A stretch of 64,000 bases of DNA. It comes from Macrostomum lignano (Eukaryota). Made by a program: the position numbers and the translations under genes. The notes under the pieces are model-generated. The model had not been told where the DNA came from. It did no database searches and saw nothing but the letters and a program-made list of their open reading frames with translations. Numbering within the stretch: position 1 is the first letter of the stretch; every line of letters starts with the position of its first letter. Below are positions 1-12,099 of the stretch, in pieces. The stretch spans positions 124,001 through 188,000 of the forward strand of contig NIVC01000617.1 of NCBI GenBank assembly GCA_002269645.1, written 5' to 3'.

Positions 1-79
1 TTTGACTGCCTTAAGCCGCACTATTAACCTTAATCTCGTTCTACATATAACATATCGACTGTCACTCTTCTCTCCGAAG

Positions 80-193
80 GACTACGCCAGAATTCACAAC
101 GGAGGACCGAACGGCTGCAAGAAGGCGTCGACTTTGGCTTACTGAAAACGGGTGCAGGCCTGCATGCCGCGCTCTATCCAGTGGTACCTCTGA
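80..193 (+). pseudogene. Terminal exon of an invertebrate (i-type) lysozyme/destabilase with an in-frame TGA at the conserved Trp
   Basis: A polypyrimidine tract and AG (ctcttctctccgaag|, AG at 78-79) precede DYARIHNGGPNGCKKASTLAY*KRVQACMPRSIQWYL*. ARIHNGGPxGC...T..YW..V..C is the i-type lysozyme C-terminal signature. TGA at 143-145 sits where TGG is expected. Upstream exons lie outside the window. Confidence 0.75.
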
Positions 194-362
194 ATATACT
201 TTTGTTATAACATGCATGGCTAAATTGACAGAGAATGCTCCTACTGAGAGAAACACTAAAAATGGGACAATTAAAGTTTAAATTCTAACAATAACTTGAG
301 ATAACGTGAAATTTCAGATTGCTCAAGTTTTTTAAATTTACATAAGAGTCAACTCTTAGCCT

Positions 363-660
363 ACCAAGAGACAGGGGCACCCACCGAGAGACAGGGGCAC
401 CCACCGAGAGACTGGGGCACTCACCAAGAGACAGGGGCACCCACCGAGAGACAGGGGCACTCACCGAGAGACAGGGGCACTCACCGAGAGACAGGGGCAC
501 CCACCGAGAGACAGGGGCACTCACCGAGAGACTGGGGCACTCACCGAGAGACAGGGGCACCCACCGAGAGACAGGGGCACCCACCGAGAGACAGGGGCAC
601 CCACCGAGAGACAGGGGCACTCACCGAGAGACAGGGGCACACATCAAGAGACCGGGGGCG
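363..660. repeat. 20-bp minisatellite (gagagacaggggcacccacc), about 15 copies
   Basis: Direct tandem periodicity; explains ORF 285..620. Confidence 0.95.
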
Positions 661-1014
661 CTCACAAAGAGACAGGAGGCACCCACCGAGACAGCAAGAC
701 AGTGTAAGCTATTGTTCCTATCCAAGCATCAACAATACGTATTTAAACAAAACAAATTTATCCAGAAAATATTTCTAATTAAGAATGATAAATTTCGATA
801 AACACGTTTTGGTAACGTGTTTTGGTAACGTACGTTCGATATTTTTTGCTAAATTTTTGCATCCAATAAAAGAATTATATTATTATTATCTATCTGATTT
901 CGACAATAGAAGTTGAATTCGAACGACGTTTATTTATGTTTTAATTAATCATGTTTAAAACAAACATTTGTTTATGTGTTAATTTAATTTTCTACAAAGC
1001 AGTCATGCCAGCCA

Positions 1015-2489
1015 CTAAAGCTCGTTGCACATGAGAGCGACCTGCAGGACGCCTGGAAACGGGTCCCAATCAGTAGGCATAAACGGGCCGCCAAACAGCT
1101 GCCTGAAAGGCTCCTTCATGACTGACGACTTCCAGTTCAAAGTGACCGCCGATCGGGACACATTTTCAATCCGCAAATGCCTGCCGAATAGTTCGCGAAT
1201 CTCACCCAAGAACACCGGATGCGGCGGCAGCGGGAACACCGTCGGATCGTACTCGACAGTCTCGATCAGGATGTGAAAGTTCTCAGCCCGGCAGTGCATC
1301 AGCTGTCGCACGTAGGCCTTTCTCTGGTCGACGTTCAGGCAGGCGAATGCGCAGCGGTCCCACACAAAGTTGTAGTGATGGTCCAGGTAAGACGAGCAGG
1401 TGAAGAAGTTGCAAACAAATATTCGAAGTCGTCGATCGGAAGTTCGACAGAACAGAGTGCCGCTGGGCAGGAGGCAGCGCTCCAGCTTTAGGTCTGGGTT
1501 GCTCTGCAAACGAATATGAGTTCGTAGTTTGTTGGTGCGTTGGAGAAAGTTCTCAAATCGATTTAGTTAAAAGAATTTAGGAATCTGGGGCTCCGGCATC
1601 TAAGGGTTCGATTTCCCCTCTTGTAGTTGTACTCCTTTTGAGTCTTCGCAGCAAGAGACCGTATTTACGGTCTTTCGAGAGCGTCGGATTCACGACTGAA
1701 AAGTCGGGAGTTCGATTCTTGACCCACTCGGAACAATTTTTGTCCTTGAGCAAGACACTTAACTCTGCATTGCTTCAATTCACCCAGCTGTAGAATGGGT
1801 GCTAGCATTAGCTCGGGTAATTGAGGGTGTGTGTGGCGACCCCCCAGTCCTTGGACTGAACAGCCGTACGCAGCCTTCAGATGCGCTGCGCAATAGCTGC
1901 GGCTGAGCTGTCGGTTGCACATCTGTTCCATTAGGGCAGGTGTAATAAAATAAATAAATCTCCTTTTCAAATTCATTTCGAACAGAACGGTTAGGGATCA
2001 TGATCAAAAAAATTAGCCATAATTATAATGCCTTTAAGCCAAAGGAAAAAGACAGGGATTAAAACGCCTTAAGGCCTCAATCAAACAAACCCTGCCACTC
2101 ACACTGATGAAGGCGTTCACCACTCGCTGGTTGCTGTCAATACCGGTGACGCAGACGCCCTGCCTGTACAGCCAGACCAGGTCCTTGGAGCAGCCGCACA
2201 TCGGCACCAGAACGTAGAATCCGCGCTTAGACAAACTGCTGTCAGTGACGCCCAGACGATGCACGATGGAGTCCCAATAGCGAACCAGACTCTCCGACAC
2301 TTCCAATCGATGCCAATAGGGTCGCACAGTTGTCTTGCTGTTGCCGAACGTGTGAAAGTACACGCCGTCCCAGAGATCCTCGTCCATCATGAGGCGTCGA
2401 TAGGAGGCTACTAAGGAGAATAGAGGCTCCACGGCCGCTAGGTACATGCTCTGCACTTTCTGACGCTCGTCCTTTGTGTCGATGCTGGC
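1015..2489 (-). CDS. TPMT: Thiopurine S-methyltransferase-like SAM-dependent methyltransferase (exons 2489-2103 and 1503-1015)
   Basis: Motifs VLVPMCGCSKDLVWLYRQGVCVTGID, FVWDRCAFACLN..R..Y and ETVEYDP..PLPPHPV..EI.ELFG. Acceptor ctatcag| at 2489, donor |GTGAGT at 2102, acceptor tttgcag| at 1503; phase-0 join NAFIS|SNPDL. Start is either the Met at 2447 or an upstream exon. Confidence 0.85.
1678..1926 (+). mobile_element. tRNA-derived CORE-like SINE, 5'-truncated, in the TPMT intron
   Basis: B box GTTCGATTC, then GTGTCCTTGAGCAAGACACTTAACTCT...CTGTAGAATGGG resembling the MIR CORE domain. Near-identical to 55484-55751 and 36887-37096. Confidence 0.8.
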
Positions 2490-3116
2490 CTGATAGAGAG
2501 AGAGAAGAGAAAAAATGTTGTGAAAGAAGACTACTCGTGTAAGTTTCCTAATTATAAGACGTTGTAGGTTAAATAATACACGTGAAACTGCTGCGTTGCT
2601 CATATTGTGGCGTTGCGGTCTGAGTATTACTGTAAACCGCTAACGCACCATAGAATCAAGGGAGAAGCAAGGGAGTACGCTTGTTATCAAGAGGCACATT
2701 CACATGGGTGTGCAGCGGCCGTGACTTCCCCTCGTTAGGCATGTACATACACTTTGTGTCTTGCGGCTTGGCTCTCATGGGCCCGAATTGCACAAAGCAC
2801 CCGACCAGCTTTCCTGGAAGAGCTTACAGGAATTGAACCCAGGACACTTCCAGCAACCAATCGCATTTCTTTACTCTATAGCCTATCTTTAACGTTAAAA
2901 ACTTGTTGAATCGTGTTAAAATTGCTTATTTAATGTAAATTTATATGCAGATGCATTATTGTAGGTAACCAAGGTGAAAAAAACTTAATAAATCAGTCAG
3001 AAGTTCTCACCGATTTAGTTTGAAGTTGTTGCGACCGATTGAAAAATGAAGCAGTCTGCAATGAAGAAAAACATTTTTTACTCATTGATGGTTAAAGAAG
3101 ATCTCAGGAAAGTTCA

Positions 3117-3265
3117 TGGAGAGCACATGATGAACTCAGGGAGAGCACATGGTGATGAACTCAGGGAGAGCACATGATGAACTCAGGGAGAGCACATGAT
3201 GAACTCAGGGAGAGCACATGATGATGAACTCAGGGAGAGCACATGATGAACTCAGGGAGAGCACA
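3117..3265. repeat. 22/25-bp minisatellite (gagcacatgatgaactcaggga)
   Basis: About 6 tandem copies. Confidence 0.9.
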
Positions 3266-3370
3266 GAGCAAGCCTAAGTAGCTCAAGAGTTAAATACTAT
3301 TTTTTTTATAAAGGATAACGCTAACAGTAAAGTAATAAATAATAGCAAATCAAACAAATCAATACTTTAA

Positions 3371-3512
3371 CCAGGCGACCGAAGCACATCCCGGAAGCGA
3401 AACTCACCGTTGGCTTTGATAGCCGCGAGACGCCCAGAGCCACTATTGGCTCGTCAAGCAGCAGCCCCGTCGACGGGTTGTCGGGATTTTCGATTTGAAC
3501 TTTCGACTGCAT
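3371..3512 (-). CDS. Possible first coding exon of the TPMT-like gene (MQSKVQIENP...CFGRL)
   Basis: ATG at 3512 and a weak donor CTG|GTTAAA whose phase matches the 2489 acceptor. No recognisable motif. Confidence 0.3.
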
Positions 3513-3707
3513 ATCGATTGAATTGACAAGTGAGGCTTTGATTAACCTTGGTTTGTGTGGATGGCTAAATGGGTGATTTAGCGTGTAAATGGAAACTGTT
3601 AATAATTTTCTGTAGTAATTACCCTAGACAAAATTTATGCTATTTCAATTTTATTTTTGGATTCTATTTTACTTATTATATAGTATGTTGTATTGCATAG
3701 CTGTGAA

Positions 3708-3738
3708 TATCTATCTATCTATCTATCTATCAATCTAT

Positions 3739-3800
<62 letters not shown>
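3708..3800. repeat. (ATCT)n microsatellite
   Basis: Directly visible. Confidence 0.95.
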
Positions 3801-4223
3801 CATCATTGATCAAAGTGATCATTGATCACTTCATTTTTAAAACAGAAAGATGCTAAGAATACATAAGTCGATGTTTTAATTGCACCTTTTTGTTCTGTTT
3901 TCCTTGGCGAGAAGCTTGAAAAAGTTTTTAAAGAGTTCTTTATTGTTTACATATTTTGGTTACAAACTTACGTAGAAAATTCACAAGTAATAGAAATGTA
4001 ATGCAACGATTAGCTCATACATACTAAATTAACAAGAAAAAAGAGATTCAATTTATCCGCTTATAGAGATGCGTTATGAGATTCACAATATGGCAAAACA
4101 GACGACACAAAAGTGAACTTACAAACGGTACACTCGGTTAGTTTTAAAATTATTTGTGGTTCTTTTATGAAAGTCAACCAACCGAACCCGCCACCCCCAC
4201 CCCAACCCCACTACTCCGCTAAA

Positions 4224-4448
4224 GCAGTCACCCAGCCCCGCAACCCCCCAACTCCGCAGTCACCCAGCCCCGCAACCCCCCAACACCGCAGTCACCCAGT
4301 CCCGCAACCCCCCAACACCGCAGTCACCCAGCCCCGCAAACCCCCAACACCGCAGTCACCCAGCCCCGCAACCCCCAACACCGCAGTCACCCAGCCCCGC
4401 AACCCCCAACACCGCAGTCACCCAGCCCCGCAACCCCCAACTCCGCAG
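4224..4448. repeat. 31-32-bp C-rich minisatellite (gcagtcacccagccccgcaacccccaacacc)
   Basis: About 7 copies. Confidence 0.9.
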
Positions 4449-4525
4449 TTGTGCAGGCTGCCAGGCCAAAAACAGATTGAGTTTAAGAATTATCGATCTT
4501 TAAAAGCGTTATTCACCGTAGGAAC

Positions 4526-5776
4526 TCAGCTTCTTCGTTCAAGAAGTGGCATCACCGTCTGAAGGTTCTCAACGCCACCAGTCGAGCTGCCGCTGCTGTT
4601 CCTGACTTCGACGGCGAAGACTTCGACATCGTTATCATCCCTGCCGAACCATCGGCTTCGCCGTTGAACAACGTCGATTGAAGAGGTGGCCGTCAACTTC
4701 ATCGGCGTAACGGGCGGCGCTGGAGGCGTGGGTGTCGTCGGCAGGTGTCGTATATCCCCTCGTCGACGCTCCTGACAGCCGAACAATCTAAGCAGACTTC
4801 GACGAAACAGCCGAGTGGTGCACACGTAGATGACAAAGTTCATCAAGCTGTCCAACTGAGTCAGGACGTTGACAGCGAACACCAACTGAGAGCTCTTGAT
4901 CTTCATGTAGGCCAGCAGGCAGGTGGGCAACTCCAGCCCCGCGAAGGCCAGAGACAGCAGCAGAACGGTGCGTTCAACCCGACGATCGCGGCAGCGTCGA
5001 CGGGCTAACGCCGTCTCGCCACCCGAGATGGCGCCAGACGCGGCGCTGTCTTGACGCTGAGCTCGGAGACCGCGAATCAGCAACACGCTCGACAGCAGCA
5101 CCAGGACGAATGGCGCGGTGATCTGCACAGAGTAGTAAGCTATGGCGTAGGCTGTCACGGTCATGCTCTCCTCGCTGCACTGGGCGTCCAACTCGCTGAT
5201 GATGGACAGAGGCAGCACGGCGACGGCCAGAAGACCCACTGACAGGCTGGCGAATCTGGCAGGCTGTCCGGCAGCGCTTTGACTGTCCGGGCGTCGGCTC
5301 ACGGCGCCAACGCCGGCCCTGACGTGCAACGGCCTGGCGATGGCGTTGGACCGGGACACGGCGATGCGCGCCACCGACCAGTTGCGCAGGGTCAGAGCAG
5401 AGCGCAGCAGAGCTCCGGTGAGTAGGGCGGGAATCGAAGCGTTTAACAAGTTGCATGGCCAGTTGAGATCCAGTCGAGGTTGCCAGGCTGTGTCGGGCAG
5501 ATGGCGGAGGCAGGTGACAGTCACTACGAGCAGGTTGAACAGCAGCTCGGTGGCGGACAGCTGGCACAGCAGCCGGCGGACTGGACTGCTGAGCTGGCGT
5601 TCCGGAGCTCGCCGGAACAGGCAGAGAGCGTAGGCGCTGTGCAGCGAGTTGGTGGAGCCAAGGACTAAATAGACTGAGCTGACCAGTCTGGTGAGCTGTT
5701 CGAACTCGCGACCGTTGCTGCTCGAACGATTTAGACGATCTTCATCGAGTTGAAGAATCGCGGTTGCGTTCTGCAT
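4526..5776 (-). CDS. Intronless rhodopsin-class (class A) peptide-receptor-like GPCR
   Basis: Seven hydrophobic segments; TM3 end SVARIAVS, TM5 APFVLVLLSSVLLIRGL, TM6 LELP, TM7 DSLMNFVIY..F(R)R. First ATG at 5776 (the ORF-track start at 5821 is GTG). Confidence 0.8.
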   Translation of the reverse strand: MQNATAILQLDEDRLNRSSSNGREFEQLTRLVSSVYLVLGSTNSLHSAYALCLFRRAPERQLSSPVRRLLCQLSATELLFNLLVVTVTCLRHLPDTAWQPRLDLNWPCNLLNASIPALLTGALLRSALTLRNWSVARIAVSRSNAIARPLHVRAGVGAVSRRPDSQSAAGQPARFASLSVGLLAVAVLPLSIISELDAQCSEESMTVTAYAIAYYSVQITAPFVLVLLSSVLLIRGLRAQRQDSAASGAISGGETALARRRCRDRRVERTVLLLSLAFAGLELPTCLLAYMKIKSSQLVFAVNVLTQLDSLMNFVIYVCTTRLFRRSLLRLFGCQERRRGDIRHLPTTPTPPAPPVTPMKLTATSSIDVVQRRSRWFGRDDNDVEVFAVEVRNSSGSSTGGVENLQTVMPLLERRS

Positions 5777-6189
5777 TCTTTCATCCGATTCGGCGGCTTT
5801 GTTATTCGGAGCAGTCTTCACTAGGGCCAGGGCAGTGGGGAACTGTGCATATGGGCGGACGAGTGTATACAGACAGGCATACCATAATCTAGGCCTAGAG
5901 GTGGCGGGGGTGTTGGCTCAGCAACGGAGCTCAGATTTGATGAAATCAGCTCAGCCAGTGGCGCGCGCTCGAAAGACTGGAGAGTCTAACAATCGGTACG
6001 TGTATTACAGTTTATCCTGGCTTTACTAAAACCAGAGTAGGTATGTTTTCATTTGATAGTGATATTGAATGCTTTTTTCAATATCATTCATTCGCAGTTT
6101 TTTGTTTAATCTGCTAAATTTAAGCCTAATTTTAAAACAAATATAAAAAGTAAAAGTTAACAAGAAATTTAATGGGTAGAAATAAAGAG

Positions 6190-6745
6190 ACCAGAGAAGA
6201 GAGCAGTAGAAGAAATATTGAGAATATATCAGAGGGGAGAACACAGGGGAAGGGGAGAGAGGAGAGGGGAGAAAAAGGGAGAGAGAAGAAAGGGGAGAGT
6301 GGAGAAAGGGGGAGAGGGGAGGGGAGAAGGGAGAGGGGAGAAATAGTGAGAGGAGAAGGTAGAAAGGGTGAGAGGAGAGGGGAGAGAGTAGAGATAAGAG
6401 GGGAGAAAGGGGAAGAGAGAGGAGAGAGGAGAAAGGTGGAGGGGAGAGGGAGAGGGGAGAGGAATAAGAAAGGGTGATAGGAGAGAAAAGAGAGAAGAGA
6501 TAAGAAGGGAGAAAGAGTGAGAGGAGAGGGGAGAGGGAGGGGGGAGAGGAATAAGAAAGGGTGATAGGAGAGAAAAGAGAGAAGAGATAAGAAGGGAGAA
6601 AGGGGGAGAGGAGAGGGGAGAGGGGAGAGGGGAGAAAGGGTGAGAGGAGAGGGATGAAAAGCTGAGAGGAGGGAAGAGAGAAGAGATGAGGGGAGAAGAG
6701 ATAAGAGAATGGAGACTGGATAGGCGAGAAAGGGAGAGAGGGGAG
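6190..6745. repeat. GA-rich low-complexity tract
   Basis: Polypurine sequence on the + strand. Confidence 0.9.
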
Positions 6746-7374
6746 AAGGGGCATTGAGAGCTGGAAGTGTAGTGTATCTGAGACACCAATTCTACTAAGG
6801 ACAAAGGAAATAGAGGGACCCCAAGCTATCAATCTATCTGCACATCTACATTATAAAATATTCGTGTATTTCGCATAACAAAAGGCGTAGCCATCTATGC
6901 CCTAGCATGCCCCAATGCACATGAAACAAAATTATATTCTACGCAGAGGGAAATCAAGCAAGTATGCTAATACCAGGCTTCTCCGTGTCTTTTCCAGTAG
7001 CTCTCGTAGCTCTCGTAGCCCCATTAAGACTGCACGGCACTGTCAGAGAAAGAGAAAGGGATAGAGGAAGGTGAAAGACAAAAGGCACTTGGCGGGATTC
7101 AGCATCATCTATCTGCTGAAGCCAATAGAATTTTGGGGACTGCAGGTCCCTACGTATAGATGGCTGCTTTCGTGACATCAGATGCTTTTGTTGTTTTTGG
7201 CAGCTTGTAGAAATCCAAATGCCTAGATAGATCCTTTGATGTTTGAGGAGGAGTTGCGACTTTCTGACTAATATGCCTAATAATATTAATAATAATTGCA
7301 GGGCGCTGAGAGCTTAGCACATACATACAAGAGCGCCAATACTGTACGCACACATACGTACGCTCACACTGCAT

Positions 7375-8375
7375 CTACCCCTCCATTAGGAAAATTCCCC
7401 TTTTGGTTCATCAACCCCTCCATTAGAAAAATTCCCTTTTGATTTATTTACCCTCGATTAGGAAAATTCCCCTTTGATTCATCAACCCCTCCATTAGGAG
7501 AGGAACTTCCCCTTTGATTTATCTATCCTTCCATAAGGAAAATTCCCCTTTGATTCATCAACCCCTCGATTAGGAAAATTCCCTTTGATTCATCTACCCT
7601 CCATTAGGAAACTTCCCCTTTGATTCATCTATCCTTCCATTAGGAAACTTCCCCTTTGATTCATCAACCCCTCCATTAGGAAACTTCCCCTTTGATTCAT
7701 CAACCCCTCCATTAGGACACTTCTCCTTTGATTCATCAACCCTCCATTAGGAAAATTCCCCTTTGATTTATCAACCGCTTCATTAGGGAACTTCCCCTTT
7801 GATTCATCTATCCTTCCATTAGGAAACTTCCCCTTTGATTCATCAACCCCTCCATTAGGACACTTCTCCTTTGATTCATCAACCCTCCATTAGGAAAATT
7901 CCCCTTTGATTTATCAACCGCTTCATTAGGGAACTTCCCCTTTGATTCATCTATCCTTCCATTAGGAAACTTCCCCTTTGATTCATCAACCCCTCCATTA
8001 GGAAACTTCCCCTTTGATTCATCAACCCCTCCATTAGGATACTTCTCCTTTGATTCATCAACCCTCCATTAGGAAAATTCCCCTTTGATTTATCAACCGC
8101 TTCATTAGGGAACTTCCCCTTTGATTCATCAATCCCTCCATTAGGAAACTTATCCTTTGATTCATCAATCCCTCCATTAGGAAACTTCTCCTTTGATTCA
8201 TCAATCCCTCCATTAGGAAACTTCCCCTTTGATTCATCAATCCCTCCATTAGGAAACTTCTCCTTTGATTCATCAATCCCTCCATTAGGAAACTTCCCCT
8301 TTGATTCATCAATCCCTCCATTAGGAAACTTCTCCTTTGATTCATCAATCCCTCCATTAGGAAACTTCCCCTTTG
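7375..8375. repeat. 36-bp minisatellite (attaggaaacttcccctttgattcatcaacccctcc), about 27 copies
   Basis: Tandem periodicity; explains the MEGLMNQRRSFL repeat ORF. Confidence 0.95.
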
Positions 8376-8629
8376 AAAATCAAAAAGACCGCGAATTTGA
8401 GCGCAAGTTTTTATTTAGCCGGCTGAAATCCAATGGCGGAAGCTGAAATCGCGTCGCATAGTCAAAAGCCAAGCAGGCAGAGTAGCTGGAGAACTTTATT
8501 TCCTGTTCCAATCTCAAAAAATTGCTTTTATGATCGTGGTTGTGAATTTAAACGTATTTAATGCGCCTTAGTGCCTTAGAGGGGCGCTGGAGGGCTCCTG
8601 GCCCAGGCGCTCTACTTCACGTCTTTAGG

Positions 8630-8945
8630 GGAGGGGCGAGAGGGTAGAGGGGAGGGTATAGGAGAGGGAAGAGGGGAGGGTAGAGGAGAGGGTAGAGAGG
8701 TGAGGGGCGAGGGGTGAGGGGTGGGGTGTGAGGGGTGAGGGTAGAGGGGTGAGGGTGAGGGGTAAGAGGGGTGAGGGTAGAGGGGTGAGGGTAGAGGGGT
8801 GAAGGGTGAGGGTAGAGGGATGAGAGGTGAGGGTAGATGGGTGAGGGTAGAGGGGATCAGACGTGAGGGTAGATGGGTGAGGGTAGAGGGGTGAGGGTAG
8901 AGGGGTGAAGGGTGAGGGTAGAGGGATGAGGGTAGAGGAGAGATA
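8630..8945. repeat. Purine-rich low-complexity repeat (gagggtagaggggt)
   Basis: Directly visible. Confidence 0.9.
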
Positions 8946-9041
8946 TGAGATATTAGATGCAAAAGTGCTGGTTTCGGGTCAGGGCCCAGCAAGAAAGCAG
9001 TAATAAAATGATGAAGCTGTCAGCGACTGTCTCCAGCGACT

Positions 9042-11105
9042 CTACAGGTCGAGTTTGTCGCTATGGTACGGCAGCACATCCTTGCACTCGTTCAGCCGCC
9101 TACCCTGACTATTTCGCTCGAACACGTTGAGCACCTCAACGGGCGGCAGATGCGAAATGAAAAACATTCTCAGATGCATGCAGACGTCCATGGGGCCTTC
9201 CAGCATGACGAAGTGGTCGTTGAACTGTGGCCGAACTCCGATTCGGGCCATGAGAACACCGATATAGACGTCGTCCACTCCGATCGGTTCGAGTTTGGGA
9301 ATCTCGCCAGCCAGTCTGGGGATCAAATCCCAACTAATCAGATAGGCGGGGTTCTTGTTGTAGTCGGGGAAGGCGGGGTAGGGATAAATAGATTCTGAGA
9401 CATAGCCAGTCCGTTGAGGATTTCTGTCGGGGACGTCGCCGTGGACTGTGTGGCCAACGTAGAGCCCGGTCTGTTTACCCGCCGGGAATTTGGCGGCCAG
9501 CCAGTGTACAAATGCTGGCATGTTCACGAAAGTGTCGTCTGTGACCTGCGATAGCGGGGGCGTGGAGAGTTTGGTGAGTGTACGGAGAGTTTGGTGAGTG
9601 TACGGAGAGTTTGATGAGTGTACGGAGAGTTTGGTGAGTGTACGGAGAGTTTGGTGAGTGTACGGAGAGTTTGGTGAGTGTACGGAGAGTTTGGTGAGTG
9701 TACGGAGAGTTTGGTAAGTGTACAGAGAGTTTGGTGAGTGTACGGAGAGTTTGGTGAGTGTACGGAGAGTTTGGTGACTGTACGGAGAGTTTGGTGAGTG
9801 TACGGAGAGTTTGGTGAGTGTACGGAGAGTTTTATGAGTGTACGGAGAGTTTGGTGAGTGTACGGAGAGTTTGGTGAGTGTACGGAGAGTTTGGTGAGTG
9901 TACGGAGAGTTTGGTGAGTGTACGGAGAGTTTGGTGAGTGTACGGAGAGTTTGGTGAGTGTACGGAGAGTTTGGAGAGTGTACGGAGAGTTTGGTGAGTG
10001 TACGGAGAGTTTGGTGAGTGTACGGAGAGTTGGTGAGTGTACGGAGAGTTTGTGGAGTGTACGGAGAGTTTAGTGAGTGTACGGAGAGTTTGTGGAGTGT
10101 ACGGAGAGTTTAGTGAGTGTACGGAGAGTTTGGGGAGTGTACGGAGAGTTTGGGGAGTGTACGGAGAGTTTGGGAGTGTATGGAAAATCCTGTGCGTATC
10201 TTAAGGGTGCACAAAAATACACAGAATGCACAGAAAACAAATCAAACCATAACAATAACCTTGAGGAGAAACTTTGGCTTGCAACGCTGAAACTGGGCAT
10301 CCTCGTTGAGCTCCATCAGGGCGCCCATCGTTTTCCGCTGGCCTGAGTGCGGCGTATCCAGAAAGCGAAACTGCAGGATGTCGCCAAATTCTCGAGCTTC
10401 CTCTTCGATTTCGCGCTGCAGATTGGCGCCCCGGCCGCTGCCCGTGGTGAAGAGCACGCGCCACAGGTGCGGCCGCGAGTTAATGAACTTGGTGTGCGAT
10501 TTTGTTGGCGAGTACCAGGTCTCGCGGATAGCGTTTCGATAGGCGATCTCGGCTGCCCGAGTGTGCACCAGAACTAGGAACAGCGGCTCTTTGCCAGCCT
10601 GGCACGCCTTGAAGTTCGGTCGCAGAAGGACTTCAGGCTTGTCCAGCTGTCTTGGCTTGGGCAGAGCCAACAGCTGGGCAAGACTCACTCGGTCGTGCCG
10701 ATGACCCCCGGTGCCTTCGTAGTCCTTGATCTCCAAGCCTAGCTGGCGTCGATTGATCTCGGCTTGAACTCGACGAAGCAGCTCTTGGGAGCCGACAGTT
10801 CGACCCTCCTTAGATTCGAGCTGCAGGCGAGCTTTGGCAACAATGTCGGACAATTTCGAATCGGACAGTTGCGGAGGCTGCAGATGCTGCTGCCGTTGGT
10901 CAGCATGTTTGCGCAACGTTTCAACGTTTGACAACGACTGTTGCGCTGTTGCGTCTCCGGGAGGCGAGCGCAGGATCCGGTAGAGAGCCGCCACGGCCAG
11001 CAAAGCTGCCACCGCGTAGGCTGCTGGTAGGGTGAAGCGCTTAGTCCGGAAGCTGCGATAAGCTGCTCTGAAGGAACCGGAGGACGAAGAGGCATACGAA
11101 GGCAT
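9042..11105 (-). CDS. Beta-1,3-glycosyltransferase, GT31 (B3GALT/B3GNT) family; exons 11105-10260 and 9545-9042
   Basis: Type II membrane anchor; motifs LVLVHT...RNAIRETW, E..EFGDILQFRFLDT, KVTDDTFVN, DDVYIG. Donor AAG|GTTATT at 10259, acceptor cgcag| at 9545; join FLLK|VTDDTF. Confidence 0.88.
9563..10178. repeat. 20-bp minisatellite (gtgagtgtacggagagtttg) filling the GT31 intron
   Basis: About 30 copies. Confidence 0.95.
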
Positions 11106-12068
11106 ACTCAGTTCATTGGACGGGGAGAGGATAAGGCAAATTGTGCTCAGTTCTGCTAGGCCCGGTGCATTCAATGGAGTTAAGGAATTGGGGAAGAAGA
11201 AAGAAAGAGGTGGACGGTACAGCCGCGTGTCGACTTTCCTGAGCAGATCTCAGAACAGACAACAGGTGCGTTCAGTTGGAGTAGTCGATCGTCCCTCTCG
11301 GTGTTCGCGTTCGGCTGAGCCGGAACAATCGTACCTCCAAGCCAGATGGTCGAATTGATTTTTCTCCCTGTTCCTCGTTGCACACTCGCAGACATTGCGA
11401 CAGCTAAACTGTATGGACGATCAAATTGCATTCTCGTCCGTTCCCTGCTCGTCAGGAAGGAAGGATATCGAGAATATTTCCTATTAACATTGCTGCGACA
11501 CAGAATTAGCTTTAATCAAAAGAGCTGAATCGGTATCTGTCGTCCTTGTTGCTGTTGTCGTCTGGTCAAGACGCTCGTTTGATTGCTGTTTTTCTGCGGC
11601 TATTTTTGGGACTGAGGCTATCTGGCAAAAATCGACAATAATAAAAACACGGGGCGGACCTCTCAAAGGATGCGGGCTTTCAAAGCTGACCACTTTAGAA
11701 AATTGAGAATTTCGAGCCTCCCAAATCGATGATGATGTTGTGAACTGTTTGTAGAAAAATATTCATGCAGCTCTTATTATCTGAGCCAACACAATTAGCA
11801 TTTGTTATTATCAATCAATAAGGCGGCCGACGCATGCACAGTGTAAACATGTTCACGCACTCAATGCAAGTGCACTGATGATCACAGAATGCAATCAAAT
11901 AATAATGAAATAAGCTATCAAAACAACCAGAGTTTGCTTCCCAGATTCCCAGCTCGTTGCACAAAGAGAAAGTCTGTTTCTGCGTGGGTAGCAAGGCTCA
12001 GATAGGATTACACCTTCTGACGCCATGCACGCATAGGTTAGGCCCCTGCAGACAGCTGCACTCGCTCC

Positions 12069-12099
12069 TATAAGGCTATCCGCGAAGTTCGTCTCAGTT
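12069..12099 (+). promoter_or_regulatory. Candidate TATA box and initiator for the DEG/ENaC gene
   Basis: TATAAG at 12069 and TCAGTT at 12094, 27 nt from TATA to the Inr A. Confidence 0.35.

Noticed and set aside
143-145. Selenocysteine interpretation of the lysozyme TGA
   Set aside because: The aligned residue is Trp, not Cys, and no SECIS was recognised downstream.
62-256. Minus-strand 64-aa ORF
   Set aside because: Antisense shadow of the + strand lysozyme exon.
6172-6832. Pro/Ser/Leu- and Arg/Glu/Gly-rich ORFs (also 8612-8992, 22395-22970, 35661-36171)
   Set aside because: Translations of GA/CT low-complexity tracts.
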